DNA of 64,000 bases from Felis catus (Eukaryota), in NCBI RefSeq assembly GCF_018350175.1, contig NC_058368.1, positions 111,416,001 through 111,480,000 on the forward strand, given 5' to 3'. Position numbers and translations under genes: made by a program. A model generated the notes under the pieces. That model saw only the letters and a list, made by a program, of their open reading frames with translations. It was not told the DNA's origin and did no database searches. Shown piece by piece: positions 61,240 to 64,000 of this stretch. Each line of letters begins with the position of its first letter. Within the stretch, counting starts at the first letter, position 1.

Positions 61240-63716
61240 GTTTTGTTTTGTTTTTATTTTTGAGAAAGAGAGAGAGAGAGAGCGCACGCATGAGCAAGTG
61301 GAGGAGGGAGAGAGGGAGACATGGAATTTGAAGCAGGCTCCAGGCTCCGTGCTGTCACTGCAAAGCCCCATATGGGGCTAGAACTCATGAACTGTGACAT
61401 CATGATGTGACATGAAGTGGGATGCTTAACCTACTGAGCCACCCAGGCACTGGAGAAATAGCATTCTTGAAGACCAGAAATTGGGATGGGGGGTATTCAC
61501 ACATTTTATAACCCAGAAATCCAACTGATTATGGTGACTTTGCCAATGCACTGTGTTGGAGGGTAGTTGTACGGTAGAAAAACAGTGAACCCTGTAGGTA
61601 AAGGATTTTAACTGCATACAATAATTCTTATGATGCCAAAGTTGATTTGGATTTTAGCTGCTATTATACCTATGTAATTAATTAGGTTACAGAAGTCACG
61701 AAAATTGGGTAAGCTTTCTTGTGTTTTATCATTTTCAGACAGGGAGTTGAAGAAGAGGACAAGTGTCTTATCCATGGCTTCTGGCAACATGGGGCGGTAT
61801 AAGGACTCACTGTCACAGTGACCAACTTGCCAGGTCATTATTTGACTTATTGAGTGAAGGAGGAACCAAGGTCATTTTTAAAAATCATTTGCCATTTGTG
61901 ACTCCTGAACTGAGGGTCTGTAGCCACTGAGTTAGAAGTTACTGAGCTTTTATCTAATGATAAGCTCTGTTTGTTTTGTGTGTCACTGACAGGAGTAAAA
62001 TGGAATATAAAGTAACCTATTATTTAAAAATTGCAATAATAGTGTTCTGTGAAGGAACTCAGGAATGTACCTATTAATCAGATTAGAATGTAGATTAAAA
62101 TAATTTATATATAGGGGCGCCTAATCATCCAACTGTTGGTTTTTGGCTCAGCTCATGATCACGGTTTGTGAGTTTGAGCCCTGCACTGGGGATTCTCTCC
62201 CCACCCCCCAAAATAAATAAATAAGCTTAAAAAGTATATATATATAATACATATATATATATAATTTATTATACATATATAATTTAATATATAATTGTAT
62301 ATTATAATATATATAATTTTTTATATATAAAAAAGAACGTATATATCTATATATATGCCTATAAATATTTGTCATTTGAATATATATATATCTGTCCAAG
62401 GAACATGTGTTCATCCCTTGAAGCATTATGGTAGTAGGATTTAACAGGGATAATCTTTGTAATCCACCTCATTTCAGAGACCAGAAAAATCAGTATGCTA
62501 CGATAAGCAAACCTTCCCCTCCTCACCCAACCCTGGCCCCAGTCAGAGAAACCACATGAGAACAGGACAAGGAGGCTGAGCTCTGGAAAGCCAGTTTTTG
62601 GCTAGGTCTCTTGGCCTGGGTGAGACAGGTATTGTCAGTTCGCCCTGTGGATATGGAGTGTGCGGGGAAGGAAGAGAAATAAGGGCCACCCAGGTTCTGT
62701 GGCTGCTGAGAGATTCTGCTTCTTAGAATGTTTTTTAGAGGAAAAGGCAAAGCTGTTGGTTTTTTTAGATTTTATTTTTTAAGTTATCTTTACACCCAAC
62801 ATTGGGCTCAAACTCACAACCTCAGATTAAGAGTCACGTGCTCTACCGACTGAGTCAGCAGGGTGCCCTAAAGCTATGTTTTTTGTAAAGTCTTTCCTAT
62901 ATTGTAGATTGAGGAACTTTTATACATTTTATTATCAAAGATTTTTAGCTCAGTGCTTCAGTTTTTTCACATGAATTTTTAAACATGAAAAAATTTAAGC
63001 ATATTTAAAAATAAAGTGAATCGTACATTGAACCCTTATGTACTCAGATTTAACAGTTACCAAGAATTTACATCAGTTACTTCATATAATTCTCCATTTC
63101 TCTCTTCTTTGCTAAAAAGCTTTAAAATAGCTTAAAAACTAGGGATGCCTGGGTGGCTCAGTCAGTTGAACATCCGACTTCAGTTCAGGTCATGATCTCT
63201 TGGTTCATGAGTTTGAGCCCCGCGTCAGGCCCTGTGCTGACAGCTTGGACCCTGGAGCCTGCTTCGGATTCTGTCTTCTTCTCTCTCTGCCCTTTCTCTG
63301 TTCACACTCTGTCTCTCTCTCTCTCTCTCTCTCAAAAATAAACATTAAAAAAATTAAGAAAAAATGCTTAGAAACTTAGTCTCAGCATGTCATTTTACCC
63401 TCACATCCTTCATAAATATCTCTAGAAAATATGGTCATTTTCTTGTATAAACCATAATGCTACTATTATACCGAACAATATAAACCACAATTTCTTTAAA
63501 AAAAATTTTTTTTTCAACGTTTATTTATTTTTGGGACAGAGAGAGACAGAGCATGAACGGGGGAGGGGCAGAGAGAGAGGGAGACACAGAATCGGAAACA
63601 GGCTCCGGGCTCTGAGCCATCAGCCCAGAGCCTGACGCGGGGCTCGAACTCACGGACCGCAAGATCGTGACCTGGCTGAAGTCGGACGCTTAACCGACTG
63701 CGCCACCCAGGCGCCC
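61240..63716. mobile_element. Five Can-SINEs downstream of the PCBD2 stop: 61240-61450(-), 62114-62232(+), 62760-62868(-), 63142-63362(+), 63506-63716(-, TSD taaaccacaatttctt)
   Basis: SINEC bodies and tails. Confidence 0.9.
62235..62392. repeat. Imperfect (TA)n / AT-rich microsatellite
   Basis: Directly visible, extending from a SINE tail. Confidence 0.9.
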
Positions 63717-64000
63717 TTAAACCACAATTTCTTGATATCAGCCAGTACCCAGGCAAAATCAAATTTCCTGGAAGGTCAGGAATGCCTTTGGACAGTAATT
63801 TTGTTCTAATTAGGATCCATGTGAGTCTACCCATCATATCTGCTCTATTTATTCTTTCAATCTAGAGCCAGCAAGCTCCCCTTCTTTCCCTGTTAGCCCC
63901 ATGTCATTGACTTATTGTGTAAGTGGGGTCAGGTGTCCTGTAGAGGATCCCACCTTCTGAATTTGTTCCTTTTGGTGTCATTTAACTTGTTTCACTGTAC

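Noticed and set aside
9..63716. tRNA-like A/B boxes
   Set aside because: They are the tRNA-derived heads of SINEs; no stand-alone cloverleaf tRNA was seen.
21..63837. Many recurrent ORFs of the MAQSVK.../GAPGWRSRLSVRLQ... type that look like a protein family
   Set aside because: All are translations of Can-SINE sequence, not genes.
60986..64000. Start of the next syntenic gene (CATSPER3)
   Set aside because: No recognisable coding exon in the remaining 3 kb; mostly SINEs and an old L1 end.

Overview
This is mammalian genomic DNA, almost certainly from a felid: it is dense in carnivore tRNA-derived Can-SINEs, including near-consensus SINEC_Fc-type copies, and in carnivore L1 3' ends. Two spliced + strand genes can be reconstructed from GT-AG boundaries. 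The first is the last three coding exons of TXNDC15 (851-1014, 3892-4022, 6361-6557). The second is the complete 130-codon PCBD2/DCoH2 gene (10909-10992, 13958-14089, 59596-59676, 60890-60985), with a CpG-island promoter and a ~45.5 kb second intron. The rest is SINE/LINE/MIR/L2 repeats, microsatellites and several repeat-poor, homeobox-motif-rich intronic blocks that may be long-range enhancers (in mammals PITX1 lies further downstream). Almost all ORFs in the supplied track are repeat-derived or chance. I found no evidence for a new coding system. The best leads are two unusual PCBD2 substitutions (Cys->Tyr next to a catalytic His; Lys in place of the internal Met), candidate enhancer and CTCF architecture, a strong SINE strand bias, and several complex retrotransposition or repair scars. 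Repeat boundaries are approximate and were read by eye.
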